A stretch of 64,000 nt of DNA from Bacillota bacterium (GCA_040766225.1 JAXGQX010000006.1:1876-65875); one strand, 5' to 3'; shown: positions 46,714-57,802, counted from the stretch's first letter. Numbers and translations are program-made. Notes: a model not told the origin generated them from the letters alone.

Positions 46714-47170
46714 CTTGGTAGCCTCCGATCAAGACCAGGGAGTCCGCCGGCAACTCGAACTCGCCTGAACGGACCATGATCTGAGAGTCCTTGAGAGCGA
46801 CGGCCTCTATTACGCCGAATACCGAGACCCCGTCTATGGTTGCCTGGAACTGACGGCCGATAAGAGACGCCGCTGACATCAGGTTTTGGTTCATCTGCCC
46901 CTGGTAGATGATGGCCGCAACCTGGGCCATGCTGCGATTTAGGTCCTCCATCTGGGTGGCCGTCGTGAACTGGGCCATCTGCGTGAAGAAGTCTCTGTCT
47001 TTCATGGGGTCCATGGGATCCTGGTACCGTAGTTCAGTCAAGAGGATCTTCATGAACTGGTCCGAAACTCCGGCCATCGCGTTGTTCATCGCCGTTGATG
47101 CTGCACCCGGATTTCCTCCGGTGCCATTTACTCCGCCTACCGGCACTTTGGTGTCCTCCCTTCTCGTCAA
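46694..47170 (-). CDS. flgD: flagellar hook capping/assembly protein FlgD
   Basis: Intact 158-aa ORF containing FMKILLTELRYQDPMDPM. Confidence 0.9.
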   Translation of the reverse strand: MTRREDTKVPVGGVNGTGGNPGAASTAMNNAMAGVSDQFMKILLTELRYQDPMDPMKDRDFFTQMAQFTTATQMEDLNRSMAQVAAIIYQGQMNQNLMSAASLIGRQFQATIDGVSVFGVIEAVALKDSQIMVRSGEFELPADSLVLIGGYQDADHDI

Positions 47171-48408
47171 GCTAGATAGTCCAGAGCCGATTCCCTTGGC
47201 CGGAAGAATCCCACAGTCTCCTGCACGTCCGACACGCTCTTGATACCGCCCAGCCTCCCGCCGCTGTTTCTCACGAACCGCCTTTCCTCAGCGTGAGGTC
47301 TCCCGTCGCGAGAGCCTTGCTGTACCAAAGCGCCGGTTAGGACAAGGCCTTGTTCCTGCAAAGCCTGCTCTAACTCGGGGGCGGCCTGCTCTATCGCCCT
47401 TAGGGCCTCATGCGACTCGGCGATGAACTTCACGGCTACCTCCTCCCCGCGAGTTACGAGCAGAACTGACACCTTACCCAGTTCGGGGGGGTCCAGTCGC
47501 AACTCGATGCTCCTGGGCAGGTTTTTGAGTGACTCCCTATAGAGGGATTCGGCTACTTCGCGACCTTTCGTGAGATCCAACCTGGGTTCTTCCGTCTGTA
47601 GTTCTCCGGCGTCTTCACGATCCAAGACCGGCAGAACACGATGCTGAACCGGTTCTGACACCTGCTCGGGTTCTAGACCAGAGTCTTCGGATTTAGGGCC
47701 ATGGCTTGCCGGTCGTCTTGACAGTTCGGATGCCCTGGGAACTGCCCCGTCCTCTTGGTCGAGTTCTCCCTCGTTAGCTGCCTCCGACGCTTCGGCCACA
47801 GAGATTGCCTCTCTCTTCTCTTCCGTCTCCAAAACTGCCGTTGGCGAGGCATCCAGGGCTACTCCTGCCTTGGGCGCGAGTTGGGGAGCGGCTTTATCCT
47901 CGGCAATGGCCCCTTCCGGACCCAGGGCTTCGGGATCGGATACGGCCGGAGACCTTGAGACGCCGTCCGCCTCTAGGGCGCGAAAGACTTCCAAAGCCGC
48001 GGACCCTGCCTCATACGTCCCGTCGTGGGCGAGCGAAACCACCGCGCTATCAAGTCCGAAGGCCTGGACACCTAACTCGTCCCACAGGGATTTGACTTCC
48101 GTCTCGCCAGTCATAGGAGGCAAAGCGGCGCTAAGCGCGCTTTGTAGGGCTGCTCCATCCAATTGCCCTTCAGGGAAGCCCAGAGACTCTCGGGCCGGGC
48201 CCTCCGAAACGGAGTCCACCCGGTTATGGGCAGGAATGAAGCTATCCGGGGTCTCGGCCGGGACGCACGGTGCCATCCCATTGAGATGGAGCTGGAACGC
48301 CGTTAAGAGCGATGCGAAGAAACCTTCAGCAATAGCATCGCTTCTGTTCTTGCCCACTCCACCGTTAGCGGCCGTGGGGATTTCGATCATCCTCATCTCG
48401 GATATCAT
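47167..48408 (-). CDS. fliK: flagellar hook-length control protein FliK
   Basis: Intact 413-aa ORF. It has a Pro/Ala/Glu-rich disordered centre and the C-terminal Flg_hook domain (LRLDPPELGKVSVLLVTRGEEVAVKFIAES...). Confidence 0.8.
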   Translation of the reverse strand: MISEMRMIEIPTAANGGVGKNRSDAIAEGFFASLLTAFQLHLNGMAPCVPAETPDSFIPAHNRVDSVSEGPARESLGFPEGQLDGAALQSALSAALPPMTGETEVKSLWDELGVQAFGLDSAVVSLAHDGTYEAGSAALEVFRALEADGVSRSPAVSDPEALGPEGAIAEDKAAPQLAPKAGVALDASPTAVLETEEKREAISVAEASEAANEGELDQEDGAVPRASELSRRPASHGPKSEDSGLEPEQVSEPVQHRVLPVLDREDAGELQTEEPRLDLTKGREVAESLYRESLKNLPRSIELRLDPPELGKVSVLLVTRGEEVAVKFIAESHEALRAIEQAAPELEQALQEQGLVLTGALVQQGSRDGRPHAEERRFVRNSGGRLGGIKSVSDVQETVGFFRPRESALDYLA

Positions 48409-48420
48409 CTTTGTCTTTCT

Positions 48421-48870
48421 TCACCTCCTTTCGCTGCGTCCGAACCTGTCGGCCCCGATCTCGTCCAGTTCTTTGCCTTGCTGCCACCAGTAGCGCGCCT
48501 TGTACTCCTTCACTTGGTTTTCGCGGTGCTTCTCCAGGGCCTTTTGCTCCTGTGTCCTAAGGACTGCCTCCTTACGGGCAGAGTCGGTCAAGTCTTCCTT
48601 CCTTCGCAGTTCCCCCTCTCTTCTGAAGATCTCGTCCTCGACGCTTTCCCTGTACATGGCCAGATGTCTTAGGTTTCGGGCCTGGATCTCACCGGATATC
48701 TCCTCTCGGAACTCGGAGAAGAGCTCTTCCCTCTTTTGGAGCGAAGAAAGCAGCTGTTCTTTAGCCCGGCGCTCATCGACCAGCCTCTCTCCTAACTGCT
48801 CTTCCGCCAGCACTCTTCTAAGCTCCCGGATTTCCAAGACCCTTCCCAGGCCGAAGACGAATTTCTTCAT
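48421..48870 (-). CDS. fliJ: flagellar export chaperone FliJ
   Basis: Intact 149-aa coiled-coil ORF directly after fliI. Confidence 0.8.
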   Translation of the reverse strand: MKKFVFGLGRVLEIRELRRVLAEEQLGERLVDERRAKEQLLSSLQKREELFSEFREEISGEIQARNLRHLAMYRESVEDEIFRREGELRRKEDLTDSARKEAVLRTQEQKALEKHRENQVKEYKARYWWQQGKELDEIGADRFGRSERR

Positions 48871-48908
48871 AGGGCTCGTCCCTTACGGTACATCGACAAA
48901 ACGGCCAC

Positions 48909-50240
48909 TTACGCACACCCCTTATCATCGTCGGCGAATATCCCGCGGAGAGATTCCACGGTTTCTTCCATGGTGAAAGACTCGCCTATGCCTTGGCGTA
49001 GGAAGGCGTTCACCTTGTCGACGTAGCCCAAGGCCTCGTCTATTTGGGCATTTGACCCTTTCACGTAGGCTCCTATGTTGATTAGGTCCTCGGCCTTCTT
49101 GTAGGTGGCCAAGACGCTCCGAAGCTTAAGCGATGCCGCGATCTGACTCTCGGAGCTGACCTGGGTCATCAACCTGGACACTGAGCCCAGGACATCTATT
49201 GCGGGGTAGTGACCCATCTGGGCCAAGTCTCTGGATAGCACTATGTGGCCGTCCAATATGCCACGGGCAGCATCGGCGATGGGTTCGTCCATGTCGTCGC
49301 CCTCGACTAAGACCGTGTAAATTCCGGTGATGCTGCCGGCAGGGCTTGTCCCCGCCCTTTCCAGCAGCCTGGGCATATTGGCAAACACCGAAGGAGTATA
49401 GCCTCTTGTGGTGGGCGGTTCGCCGACGGCCAACCCTACCTCGCGCAACGCCATGCACCATCGGGTGACCGAATCCATCATCAGGAGCACGTTTTTGCCC
49501 TGGTCCCTGAAGAACTCGGCGATGGCCGTAGCCACCCATGCCGCCTTTATCCGCACCAAGGCGGGTTCGTCGGAAGTAGCCACCACTACCACGGAACGCT
49601 TCAGGCCTTCTTCCCCGAGCTCACGCTGGATGAACTCCCGGACTTCGCGGCCCCGCTCTCCGATGAGGGCGATTACGTTCACGTCTCCCGACATATTTCG
49701 GGCGATCATGCCCAAGAGAGTGGATTTACCGACTCCGGAACCGGCGAAAATCCCGATGCGTTGCCCCTCCCCAAGAGTGAGTGTGCCGTCAATGGCTTTC
49801 ACCCCTGTGGAGAGGGACCGGTTAATGAGTCCCCTTTCCAAGGGGGCGGGCGGCCTTTCCATGGCCGGGCAATGTGACTCGACTCGCCAGGCAGGTCTCC
49901 CGTCAATGGGGAAACCCAACGCGTCCACGACTCTTCCCAGCATCCCGGAACCGGCCGGGACCCTCAGGTCTTTTCCGGTGGCGTACACGGGAGTGCCCGG
50001 AGAGATGCCATCCATGTCGCTGTAGGGCATGAGCAGGACGCGGCCCTTTCTAAAGCCGACGGTCTCGCCCAATACCGAAACGCCGGACGGCGGAGTGAGC
50101 CTGCACAACTCGCCCATGCGAACTTTTGGCCCGGACGCCTCGATTAGGAGCCCAATGATGTCGACGACGTTGCCGCCAAACGTTACGGGTCTCGCGGTCT
50201 GAATGGCTTCCCGGTAGGCTTCGAACCCGGCTTCTGTCAT
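48909..50240 (-). CDS. fliI: flagellum-specific ATPase FliI
   Basis: ORF 48909-50429 trimmed to ATG 50240 (GGAGGA upstream; overlaps the fliH stop as ATGA). Walker A GSGVGKST, Walker B LLMMDSVTR. Confidence 0.9.
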   Translation of the reverse strand: MTEAGFEAYREAIQTARPVTFGGNVVDIIGLLIEASGPKVRMGELCRLTPPSGVSVLGETVGFRKGRVLLMPYSDMDGISPGTPVYATGKDLRVPAGSGMLGRVVDALGFPIDGRPAWRVESHCPAMERPPAPLERGLINRSLSTGVKAIDGTLTLGEGQRIGIFAGSGVGKSTLLGMIARNMSGDVNVIALIGERGREVREFIQRELGEEGLKRSVVVVATSDEPALVRIKAAWVATAIAEFFRDQGKNVLLMMDSVTRWCMALREVGLAVGEPPTTRGYTPSVFANMPRLLERAGTSPAGSITGIYTVLVEGDDMDEPIADAARGILDGHIVLSRDLAQMGHYPAIDVLGSVSRLMTQVSSESQIAASLKLRSVLATYKKAEDLINIGAYVKGSNAQIDEALGYVDKVNAFLRQGIGESFTMEETVESLRGIFADDDKGCA

Positions 50241-50893
50241 GACACGCTGTCCTCCACTAGCTTTCTTCTGGCTTCTCCCAGGGCTTGGGCAAGATTTGAG
50301 ATTTGGGTCTCCACCCTGGCGTCGATAAACCCGTGTGGGGTCTTTATGAGACAACCGTCTCCCAAGGACTCGTCGGCGCATATCTCGACGCATTTGGCTC
50401 CCGACTCTTGGCGGAGCTGCTCCTTGCATCCATCCAGAAGGTCTTTAGAGCCGGCTTGACCCTGATCAAGTACTCGGCCTCATCATCCAGGGCAGCGATC
50501 CCTTCCCTCACCATGGAGAGAACGAGCTCCGGGTCACAGGCAAGGGCTTCCCGACGATTCCTTCTGCCACATCCAGGCGGGATGGCCAAGAGCATGGGCT
50601 CGGCTTCGGTGCGCCAGGCTATAAAGCGGACTGGATGCGTGAAGAGCCTCTACCGCCTGATCGAGCAAGGATTGTGCCTGGGCGAGAGCGTCTTCCATCC
50701 CATCTTTGTACTCCTCTTTGGAAACCCTCGGTTTCCAGATTGAGAGGACACGTCCTCCGCGCCTTTTCTTAGCCTCGTCTAGAATCCTGTCCGCCTGCGC
50801 CGGCTTTTCCAGCACTCGCTGGGATTCTTCCTGGGCTTTTCCATGATCGCTTCCGCGCCAGCGTCCGGAATTGTCCCAAGATGCCTCGCTCAC
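50237..50893 (-). CDS. fliH: flagellar assembly protein FliH (>=2 frame changes)
   Basis: ORFs 50534-50893 and 50344-50595 plus a hand-read tail (...DGCLIKTPHGFIDARVETQISNLAQALGEARRKLVEDSVS*) ending in TGA overlapped with the fliI ATG. The position between fliG and fliI is canonical. Confidence 0.7.
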
Positions 50894-50931
50894 CCTGACG
50901 GGGGAGCGACCTTTTTCTCGACCGAAAGACC

Positions 50932-51955
50932 TTAGACAAGGATTTCCCGACCTCCTCCGCGACCTACGATTATTAGGCCTTGGTCCTCAAGCCGCCTTAT
51001 AACCGCGACTATGCTTTGCTGGGCATCTTCCACATCTCTCATGCGGACCGGCCCAAGATAGTCGATGCTCTCAGTGAGAGTCTCAACTGCTCTGGAGGAC
51101 AGGTTCCTCCTGTAAATCTTCTCCCGGACTTCGTCGGAGGCGCCTTTGAGGGCAAGGGGCAGGTCCTTGGACATGTCAACCTCGCGCAAGAACTGCTGCA
51201 CCGCGCGGTCGTCAAGGTAAACGATGTCCCCGAACAGGAACATCCGCCTCTTGATCTCCTCAGAGAGTTCGGGCGCTTCTACGTCCAGAGAACTCAAGAT
51301 GGTTTTTTCGGTCTGCCTATCGACGTTGTTTAGGATGTCTACTATGGATCCGATGCCGCCCACTTTGGTGTAGTCCTGACCTACTACGGACACGATCTTG
51401 TGTTCCAAAACCCTCTCGATTTCCTTAATGACCCGGGGCTGGTCCCTTCCATGGAGGCGATGCGCCTGGAAACCTCCACTTGGAGGTCGGGACCCAACGA
51501 CCCATCACGGCCCCGCCTGGTTAGGCGAGAGATAGCTCAAGACTAAGGCGATGGTCTGCGGCGCCTCCGGACTCGAGGAAGTTTAGGAGTTGGGTGGGGT
51601 CGGCCTTCTGGCGAAGTCAAATGGCTTTACCTGCAAAGATGCGGTTAGGGCGGCTCAACACCCCGTTCGCTTTGTTTGGCCTAAGTTTTTCTCCAGGACT
51701 TCATTTCGCATATTCGATTCCGCCCTGGTCTATGTACTGCTGTGCGACGGCCATGTCGGCGAACTCTGACAGGACCTGATCTCTGATATCCTGGTTCCGG
51801 CGCGTCGCCGCGATTTCCAGCGCCAACGCGTCGATATCTTCTTCTCGCATGTGCTTTAAGACCTGACTGCAAGGTCGGGTCCAAGGGATATGAGGAGAAT
51901 GGCCGCTTTTTCTTTGCCTGTTAGGTATTCTCTGTGCACAGACATCAGTGCTCAT
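50932..51955 (-). CDS. fliG: flagellar motor switch protein FliG (>=5 frame changes)
   Basis: The C-terminal 158-aa ORF (50932-51408) has MFLFGDIVYLDDRAVQQFLREVD...VRMRDVEDAQQSIV. The N-terminal ORF (51701-51955) has HMREEDIDALALEIA...QQYIDQGGIEYAK. The middle (51409-51700, EHPQTIALVLSYL-type segment) is readable only across several shifts. Confidence 0.85.
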
Positions 51956-53461
51956 CCTCCAAGATCCAAGTCTTCACCAGTTGCCACCGAACCTGTTCAC
52001 CCTCGCCAGACGTCAACCGATTCCTTTGTGCGCTGCTCAGCAACGTACTCGGGAGGTAGTGGCCTATCTCCCTCATCCTCCGGTTCCGCGGAACAGGCGG
52101 TAGCGCGGTGTCGTCTCTATGACGAGTTCTCCGGCGCATTAGGAAAAGGACGATCGTGCCCAATACCAAAAAGGCCTCGACAGCGGCCCGTAGATGTAGA
52201 GCCGATGAGCGGGTGCTACTTGTATGGAGAGTCGTTTATGGTGTCGAATTGCCGAAGTGTCAACACACCTGTCACGCTGATGCGGTCGTTACGAAGCGGG
52301 TCAAGGCCTAGGGCCGTCGACACGGTTTCTACTATCGAGGCCTTCCCCCTCATCATCCAGCTCCTTGTTGACCATGACCGCGACAGATAGGCTTCGAACT
52401 GCCCCGGGAGTGCCGATAGTCTCCACAACTCGCTGCCCGATTTCGTAGTTCCTGATTACCTCGCTTCTCTGAACTCGGAATCGCCGCTGCCTGAGGTGGA
52501 GTAGTTTGGCACATCCAATCCGCCTGCCTGCCCACCGGGAATGCTTCCTAAACCGCTGTAGGTCTCGGTTGTTCCTTTAATGCTCTGAGGATGCCCCGCC
52601 TTTCCCCCGTATAAGCTGGTATCTACTGTCCTCACTTGGTCCAGGTTCAAGTCGGCTCTGACCTGGCAGACGACGTTACCTGCTCCAAGCACCGGGGCGA
52701 GCATGGAAACGAGTCGTCTCTCATACTCGCGTTCTACTTGGCTTGTGAGCTCGAAGGCAGCGCTGGACAACTGGCGGAACCCGAGATTCGACGGCGTCCT
52801 GGGATAAGAGGCGTCCTTTGGAGTCCGCGACCGTTACCTCGGAGGGCGACAGGCCCTCCACCGAACGGGCCACCAAGTTGACTATGCCCTTGACGCAAGA
52901 CGGGCTCAAGTCGGTAAGAGGTTGCAGGTCCAAGAGCACGGCGGCGGTGGGCGGCTTCCTTTGGGAGACGAACACTGAATCTTCAGGGAGCGCCACGTGC
53001 ACTCTGGCATCCAAGACCCCGGAAATAGTCTTGATGGTCCTGGTCAGTTCGCCTGACAAGGCCCTCACGTATTGGACCTTCCTCTCGAAGTCGGTCGCCC
53101 AGATCCCGTTGGCCCCGATTGCCTCGAAGCCTACGACGCCTGATGAGGGCAATCCCTGAGAGGATAGGGACAGACGGGTGCGGTGGACGTCTTCCGCGGG
53201 CACTTTGATGGTTCGCCCGCCGTTCTCTAGCGTGTAGGCTATTGATTGGCGTTCGAGTTCGGCTACGACGGCTCCCGCGTCGGCGGCGTCAAGACGTGGA
53301 CCAAAGGATCTCCATCTTTGGACCCTGGCGTTTGCCAAGGCCAAGAGCGAGGTAGCGACGAAAGCCAAGACTATGGCCCCGCAAATGATTTTCCTCGGGG
53401 TTTTCCAGCTTCCCCAGACTTCCTTGAGTCCGCCGGCTACCGATGATATGCTGGTTGGCAC
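51945..53461 (-). CDS. fliF: flagellar M-ring protein FliF (>=4 frame changes)
   Basis: ORFs 52721-53461 (N-terminal TM plus YscJ/FliF domain), 52456-52770, 52216-52428 and 51945-52169 (second TM and C-terminal FliG-binding tail) tile ~505 codons. The stop overlaps the fliG start. Confidence 0.85.
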
Positions 53462-53484
53462 TTCTAGTCATCGCTCTGAGAGCC

Positions 53485-53785
53485 CTATACGGGCATCCTC
53501 ATGATCTCTAGATAGCTTCGATGGTTCCTGACGGAGACCACAAGGTCCAAGGCGAGGCTGGCTTTCTCTACAGAGAGCACGGCGGTGTGCATGTCCCTCG
53601 CGTTTCCGGTCACCAGGTCCACTGGGCCTTGAAGCGTATCCTGGATTCAGTTGCTCCAGAGTTGAAGATGCTTTCTGGAGTACGCCCGAAAACGCGTCAT
53701 CTGACCTCGCCGGGCCCTGGGACGAGACGGTCTTCGAAGCAGCCGGTGCGAGATTGGGCATGGAAATGGGTCTTATGTACATCAC
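53485..53785 (-). CDS. fliE: flagellar hook-basal body protein FliE (frame change in the C-terminal half)
   Basis: ORF 53468-53785 starts plausibly (..FSGVLQKASSTLEQLN). The conserved C-terminus (LHTAVLSVEKASLALDLVVSVRNHRSYLEIMRMPV*) is in another frame; stop at 53485-53487. Confidence 0.75.
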
Positions 53786-53833
53786 AGGTCCTCCCCCCGG
53801 TGAATGACCGCCTTGCGAGGCGGTCCAAAAACG

Positions 53834-54280
53834 CTATACCCTTAGAAGCTCGAGCGCTTTCTGGGCCATGGACTTGGCGGCTTCGATGGCTGTGACGTTG
53901 GCTTCGTAGGCTCTTGTAGCCGTCATCATGTCCACCATTTCCGTGACCACGTCCACATTTGGATAGGTAACGTACCCCTCGCTGTCCGCATCCGGATGGC
54001 CGGGCATATACGTCCTCTTGAAGGGACTATTGTCTTCCTCTACTCCGACCACTCGCACCCCTTGTCCTATAGTGGACATCTTGGACGCGAGCACGTCTTG
54101 GAATGAGTACCTGGCCTCTCTCGGAGCGAACAGAGCGACTTTGCGCCGGTACGGTCCTCCCGTCCCGGTCCTGGTCGTCTCAGCGTTGGCGAGGTTTGAC
54201 GCGATTAGGTCCAATCGAAATCTCTCGGCAGTGAGTCCCGACGCGCTTGTCTCGATGGACGAGAATAACCTCACGGTCAA
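53834..54280 (-). CDS. flgC: flagellar basal-body rod protein FlgC
   Basis: Intact 148-aa ORF with SASGLTAERFRLDLIASNLANAETTRT and C-terminal EMVDMMTATRAYEANV. Confidence 0.9.
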   Translation of the reverse strand: MTVRLFSSIETSASGLTAERFRLDLIASNLANAETTRTGTGGPYRRKVALFAPREARYSFQDVLASKMSTIGQGVRVVGVEEDNSPFKRTYMPGHPDADSEGYVTYPNVDVVTEMVDMMTATRAYEANVTAIEAAKSMAQKALELLRV

Positions 54281-54681
54281 CGCCTCCCTTCGGTAATGGC
54301 TTTTCTTAGCATAGACAGGTGGGCAGACATCTGCCTGGATATGGCGGCGTAGTAGAGAGCGTTAGATGACACTTCGCCCATCTCTTTGTCGATGTCCACG
54401 CCGTTACCGTCAGGGGTTACACTGGAACGGTCTTCTGTGACCCTACGCTGGGACATGCTATCGCCGGCGATGTGACCTTGGTGAGGGCTTGCGAGCGCAA
54501 GACCGCCCGATTGCGCATTCCTGAGGAACGACTGGAAGTCCACGTCCTGTCTCTTGTACCCGGGTGTCTCGGCGTTGGCGACGTTTTGGGCCAACACTTC
54601 GTGGCGAGTCCACGCCCCGTCCAAAGCCCTTTGCATCAAGGCGCCTACATCCTTCACTGGCTCCGCTCCCCCTTGAAACAC
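54277..54681 (-). CDS. flgB: flagellar basal-body rod protein FlgB
   Basis: Intact 134-aa ORF with a GTG start and HEVLAQNVANAETPGYKRQDVDF. Its stop overlaps the flgC start. Confidence 0.9.
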   Translation of the reverse strand: MFQGGAEPVKDVGALMQRALDGAWTRHEVLAQNVANAETPGYKRQDVDFQSFLRNAQSGGLALASPHQGHIAGDSMSQRRVTEDRSSVTPDGNGVDIDKEMGEVSSNALYYAAISRQMSAHLSMLRKAITEGRR

Positions 54682-54941
54682 GAAATGCCTTCCGGCACCA
54701 ATCCCGGAAGGCAGGGGTAAATGGAAGAACCGCCCTTCGGCAACCCGGCTGTCATGTCGTGGAGGTCCACGATTTAGACCCGCGGCTTTGCGTCACTGCC
54801 TTTCGGCAGTTTTGCCATTATCGGTGCACGGCACCTAGGTCTTTTTTCTCTTGTAAGGATGGCTCATTCTACAGGAAAGTCAAAACTCCTTCTTTTCCCC
54901 GTAGAATTTTACAAAAAAATACCGGACTTGCTTAGATAGAG

Positions 54942-54967
54942 AAGGCGAGATCCGCGGACCTCGCCTT
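54942..54967 (-). terminator. hairpin downstream of codY (candidate terminator or processing site)
   Basis: AAGGCGAG-N10-CTCGCCTT is a perfect 8-bp stem, ~40 nt after the codY stop. Only a moderately T-rich tail (CTCTATCT) follows on the minus strand. Confidence 0.35.
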
Positions 54968-55006
54968 GTCGCCGTCTTAAGCGTCTCCTTTTCCGCTGTC
55001 ACCAAT

Positions 55007-55775
55007 CTAACGTAGCTTCTTCAGCTCTTCCAAGAGTTTCTTGTTTAGGACTCTTATGAACGTGCCCTTCATGCCGAGTGACCTGGACTCGATGACGCCG
55101 GCAGATTCGAACTTCCTAAGGGCGTTGACGATGACGGACCTTGTGATGCCTACCCGGTCCGCTACCTTTGACGCTACCAGGAACCCCTCGGTGCCGCCCA
55201 GTTCCTCGAAAATGTGCCTCATTGCGTTTAGCTCGGAGAAAGACAGAGTGCCAAGCGCGACCTGAACCGCGGCCCGGCTCCTGGTTTCTTCCTCCACAGT
55301 GTCTTGGTTATGTCGAACTATTTCCATGGCGGTCACGGTCGCCGCATGCTCAGCCAAGACCAGGTCTTCATCCAGGAACTCCCGCCCGTTGAACCTAGCC
55401 AATAGGAGGGTACCAAGTCTCTCCCCACCGGCTATTATCGGGAGGATCGTTGTGATCGTCGGAGCGTGGGAACACTTCATTGCCCCGTCGTAAGCGCACT
55501 CGTCGGATCTCAGGTTCGCCACGGTTTTGCCGGAACAGCCGCTCGTTGTAGGACGCGGGGAACTCGTTCTTCGACAGAATATCTTTCGCGTAGGATACGC
55601 ACTCGAAGTCGTCTTGGAGAGCGTAGCCCAGAATCCTGCCCATCTTGTCCAAACATAGACGTTGCAGTCTGGCGGAATCTCTGATGACCTTGGCGCTGGA
55701 GTCGAAATCAACTTCGCTGGCTGCCATCGATAGGCGTTGATTCATTCTTCGTGTCTTCTCTAGTAGTGTCTGCAT
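55007..55775 (-). CDS. codY: GTP-sensing pleiotropic repressor CodY (>=2 frame changes in the N-terminal GAF domain)
   Basis: ORF 55007-55711 carries the C-terminal two thirds ([17 protein letters not shown]...[44 protein letters not shown]). ORF 55395-55799 carries the N-terminus ([13 protein letters not shown] from ATG 55775). Confidence 0.9.
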
Positions 55776-55814
55776 GGTGTTCTTCCCCCTTGTTCTCATC
55801 GCCTAGACCAACTG

Positions 55815-57215
55815 TCAGAGTATATACCGCGATACATCCTTGTTGGTCATAAGGTCGCTCATCTTGGCCTTCACATATGCCGCGTCGACTACGACTCTGG
55901 GTTCGTCTACTTCGGGAGCGTTGTACAACACGTCCTCCAAAAGACGCTCCATAACCGTGTGCAACCGTCTTGCGCCGATGTTCTGAGTTTCCTGGTTCAC
56001 GGCGTAAGCCATTTGTGCAAGTTCTTGCACCCCGTCTTCCCTAAACTCCAAAGACACACCGTCGGTGGCCAGTAGCGCCTGGTATTGTTTGGTTAAGGAG
56101 TTCTCCGGCTCCGTCAATATCCGGACAAAATCGTCTTCTGTTAGAGGCTGAAGTTCCACCCTTATGGGAAAGCGTCCTTGGAGTTCGGGGATAAGGTCCG
56201 AAGGCTTAGTGACGTGAAAAGCGCCCGCCCCTATGAAGAGGATGTGGTCAGTTTTCACGGGCCCGTACTTTGTCACGACCGTGGTGCCTTCTACTATCGG
56301 AAGGAGGTCCCTTTGCACTCCCTCGCGGGAGACGTCCGGCCCTACCCCGTGCTCTCGCCCGGCTACTTTGTCGAGCTCGTCCAGAAAGACGATACCCAGC
56401 TTTTCTGTCCGGTGAACCGCTTCGGAAATGATAGAGTCTTGGTCAACCAGCTTGGCGGACTCCTCTTGAGCTAGGATCTTTCTAGCCTCGCTCACCTTCA
56501 CCCGCCGCTTCTTCTTCTTTTTGGGCAACATGCCTCCGAGCATGTCTTGTATGTTTAGGCCCATCTCTTGCATCCCGCTGCCGTCAAAGAACTCGACGGT
56601 TGGTACCGCGTTATCTTCGACCTCGATTTCCACGTCTTGGTCCTCGAGTTCGCCGTTTTGGAGTCGCTCACGATTAAGGCGGCGGTCCGCCCTGGCTCGC
56701 CTGACCTTTTCGTCGAAGTCGTCTTCTTCCGGCTCCTCTTCTCTCGGGGCGGGGCTAAACAGCATCTCAAATGGGTTTCGAGACTGCTCTCGCCTCTTGG
56801 GCATGGGAGCGATGAGGTCCAGAAGCCGGTCTTCTGCCAAGAGAAGCGCTTTCGGTTTCACCTCGGTGAACTTCTCCGACCTGACCATACGTATGGCTGC
56901 TTCCACGAGATCTCTCACTATGGAGTCCACGTCCCGGCCTACGTAGCCGACCTCCGTGAACTTGGACGCTTCAACTTTGGAAAACGGCGCGTTGACGAGT
57001 TTTGCCAACCTACGGCAAATCTCAGTCTTGCCTACGCCGGTAGGTCCGATCATCAGGATGTTCTTAGGGACGATATCGTCTTGGAGATCGCCTTCGACTC
57101 GCTGTCTGCGAAGGCGGTTCCTTATGGCCACCGCTACGGCTCTCTTGGCCTCCTTCTGGCCAACGATGAACTTATCAAGTTCCTCGACTATCTGCCTAGG
57201 CGTTAGATCAGCCAT
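55815..57215 (-). CDS. hslU: ATP-dependent protease ATPase subunit HslU (ClpY)
   Basis: Intact 466-aa ORF with [25 protein letters not shown] and Walker [10 protein letters not shown]. Confidence 0.95.
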   Translation of the reverse strand: MADLTPRQIVEELDKFIVGQKEAKRAVAVAIRNRLRRQRVEGDLQDDIVPKNILMIGPTGVGKTEICRRLAKLVNAPFSKVEASKFTEVGYVGRDVDSIVRDLVEAAIRMVRSEKFTEVKPKALLLAEDRLLDLIAPMPKRREQSRNPFEMLFSPAPREEEPEEDDFDEKVRRARADRRLNRERLQNGELEDQDVEIEVEDNAVPTVEFFDGSGMQEMGLNIQDMLGGMLPKKKKKRRVKVSEARKILAQEESAKLVDQDSIISEAVHRTEKLGIVFLDELDKVAGREHGVGPDVSREGVQRDLLPIVEGTTVVTKYGPVKTDHILFIGAGAFHVTKPSDLIPELQGRFPIRVELQPLTEDDFVRILTEPENSLTKQYQALLATDGVSLEFREDGVQELAQMAYAVNQETQNIGARRLHTVMERLLEDVLYNAPEVDEPRVVVDAAYVKAKMSDLMTNKDVSRYIL

Positions 57216-57235
57216 TATCGGATGTCTTCCCTTCT

Positions 57236-57802
57236 CTACGAATCGCTCTTAAGTTCCTCCACCACGATGTTGTCGTTGGTGTATATGCAGATGGATGCCG
57301 CTATCTTGAGGGCTTCTCTGGCTATCGCGGAAGCGTCCAGATCTGTGAATTTCACCAGCGCTTTGGCTGCGGCCGTGGCGTACGAACCCCCTGAACCGAT
57401 GGCCAACACCGGCTCGTCAGGTTCGATCACTTCCCCGGTTCCGCTGACCAAGAGTATCCTCTTCTTGTCCATGCACAAGAGCATCGCCTGAAGCTGGCGC
57501 AGGGCCCGGTCTGTGCGCCATTCCTTGGCCAGTTCCACGGCAGCTCTTAGAAGATCGCCCCTACTCTCTTCCAAGTGGCCCTCCAACTTGTCGAATAGCG
57601 TGAAAGCGTCGCCCACAGACCCGGCAAATCCGGCCAGGATGGAGTCGTGATAAAGCCTGCGGACTTTTCTCGCGCCGCTCTTTATGACGGTGTGATTAGC
57701 CTCTAGTGTGACTTGCCCGTCTCCCGCCATAGCAGAAGTGTTGCCGACCCGGACAGCCAAGACCGTGGTGCTTCTAAACAGAGGACCTACTTCAGGGCTC
57801 AT
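57236..57802 (-). CDS. hslV: ATP-dependent protease subunit HslV (ClpQ)
   Basis: Intact 188-aa ORF with STTVLAV...GDGQVT...[14 protein letters not shown] and a short N-terminal extension, as in B. subtilis CodW. Confidence 0.9.
   Translation of the reverse strand: MSPEVGPLFRSTTVLAVRVGNTSAMAGDGQVTLEANHTVIKSGARKVRRLYHDSILAGFAGSVGDAFTLFDKLEGHLEESRGDLLRAAVELAKEWRTDRALRQLQAMLLCMDKKRILLVSGTGEVIEPDEPVLAIGSGGSYATAAAKALVKFTDLDASAIAREALKIAASICIYTNDNIVVEELKSDS

Noticed and set aside
39887-54681. Genuine pseudogenisation of the flagellar regulon (loss of motility), given broken fliG, fliF, fliE, fliH, fliP, fliQ, flhB and flgE.
   Set aside because: Essential genes (polC, topA, tsf, dxr, ispG) are broken in the same way, several breaks sit in homopolymers, and many flagellar genes remain perfectly intact (flhA, fliI, fliM, fliK, motAB). 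Assembly error is more likely than selective decay.
4755-57206. Long ORFs antisense to or overlapping real genes. Examples: 4755-5282(-), 16035-16691(+), 23515-24228(+), 36572-37048(+), 38539-39171(+), 47870-48493(+), 49408-50025(+), 56568-57206(+), 40727-41218(+), 43352-43888(+).
   Set aside because: They lie entirely inside well-supported genes on the opposite strand. Their composition is Arg/Pro/Ser/Ala-rich and low-complexity, they have no recognisable motifs and lack SD sequences. These are typical open-frame artefacts of GC-rich DNA.
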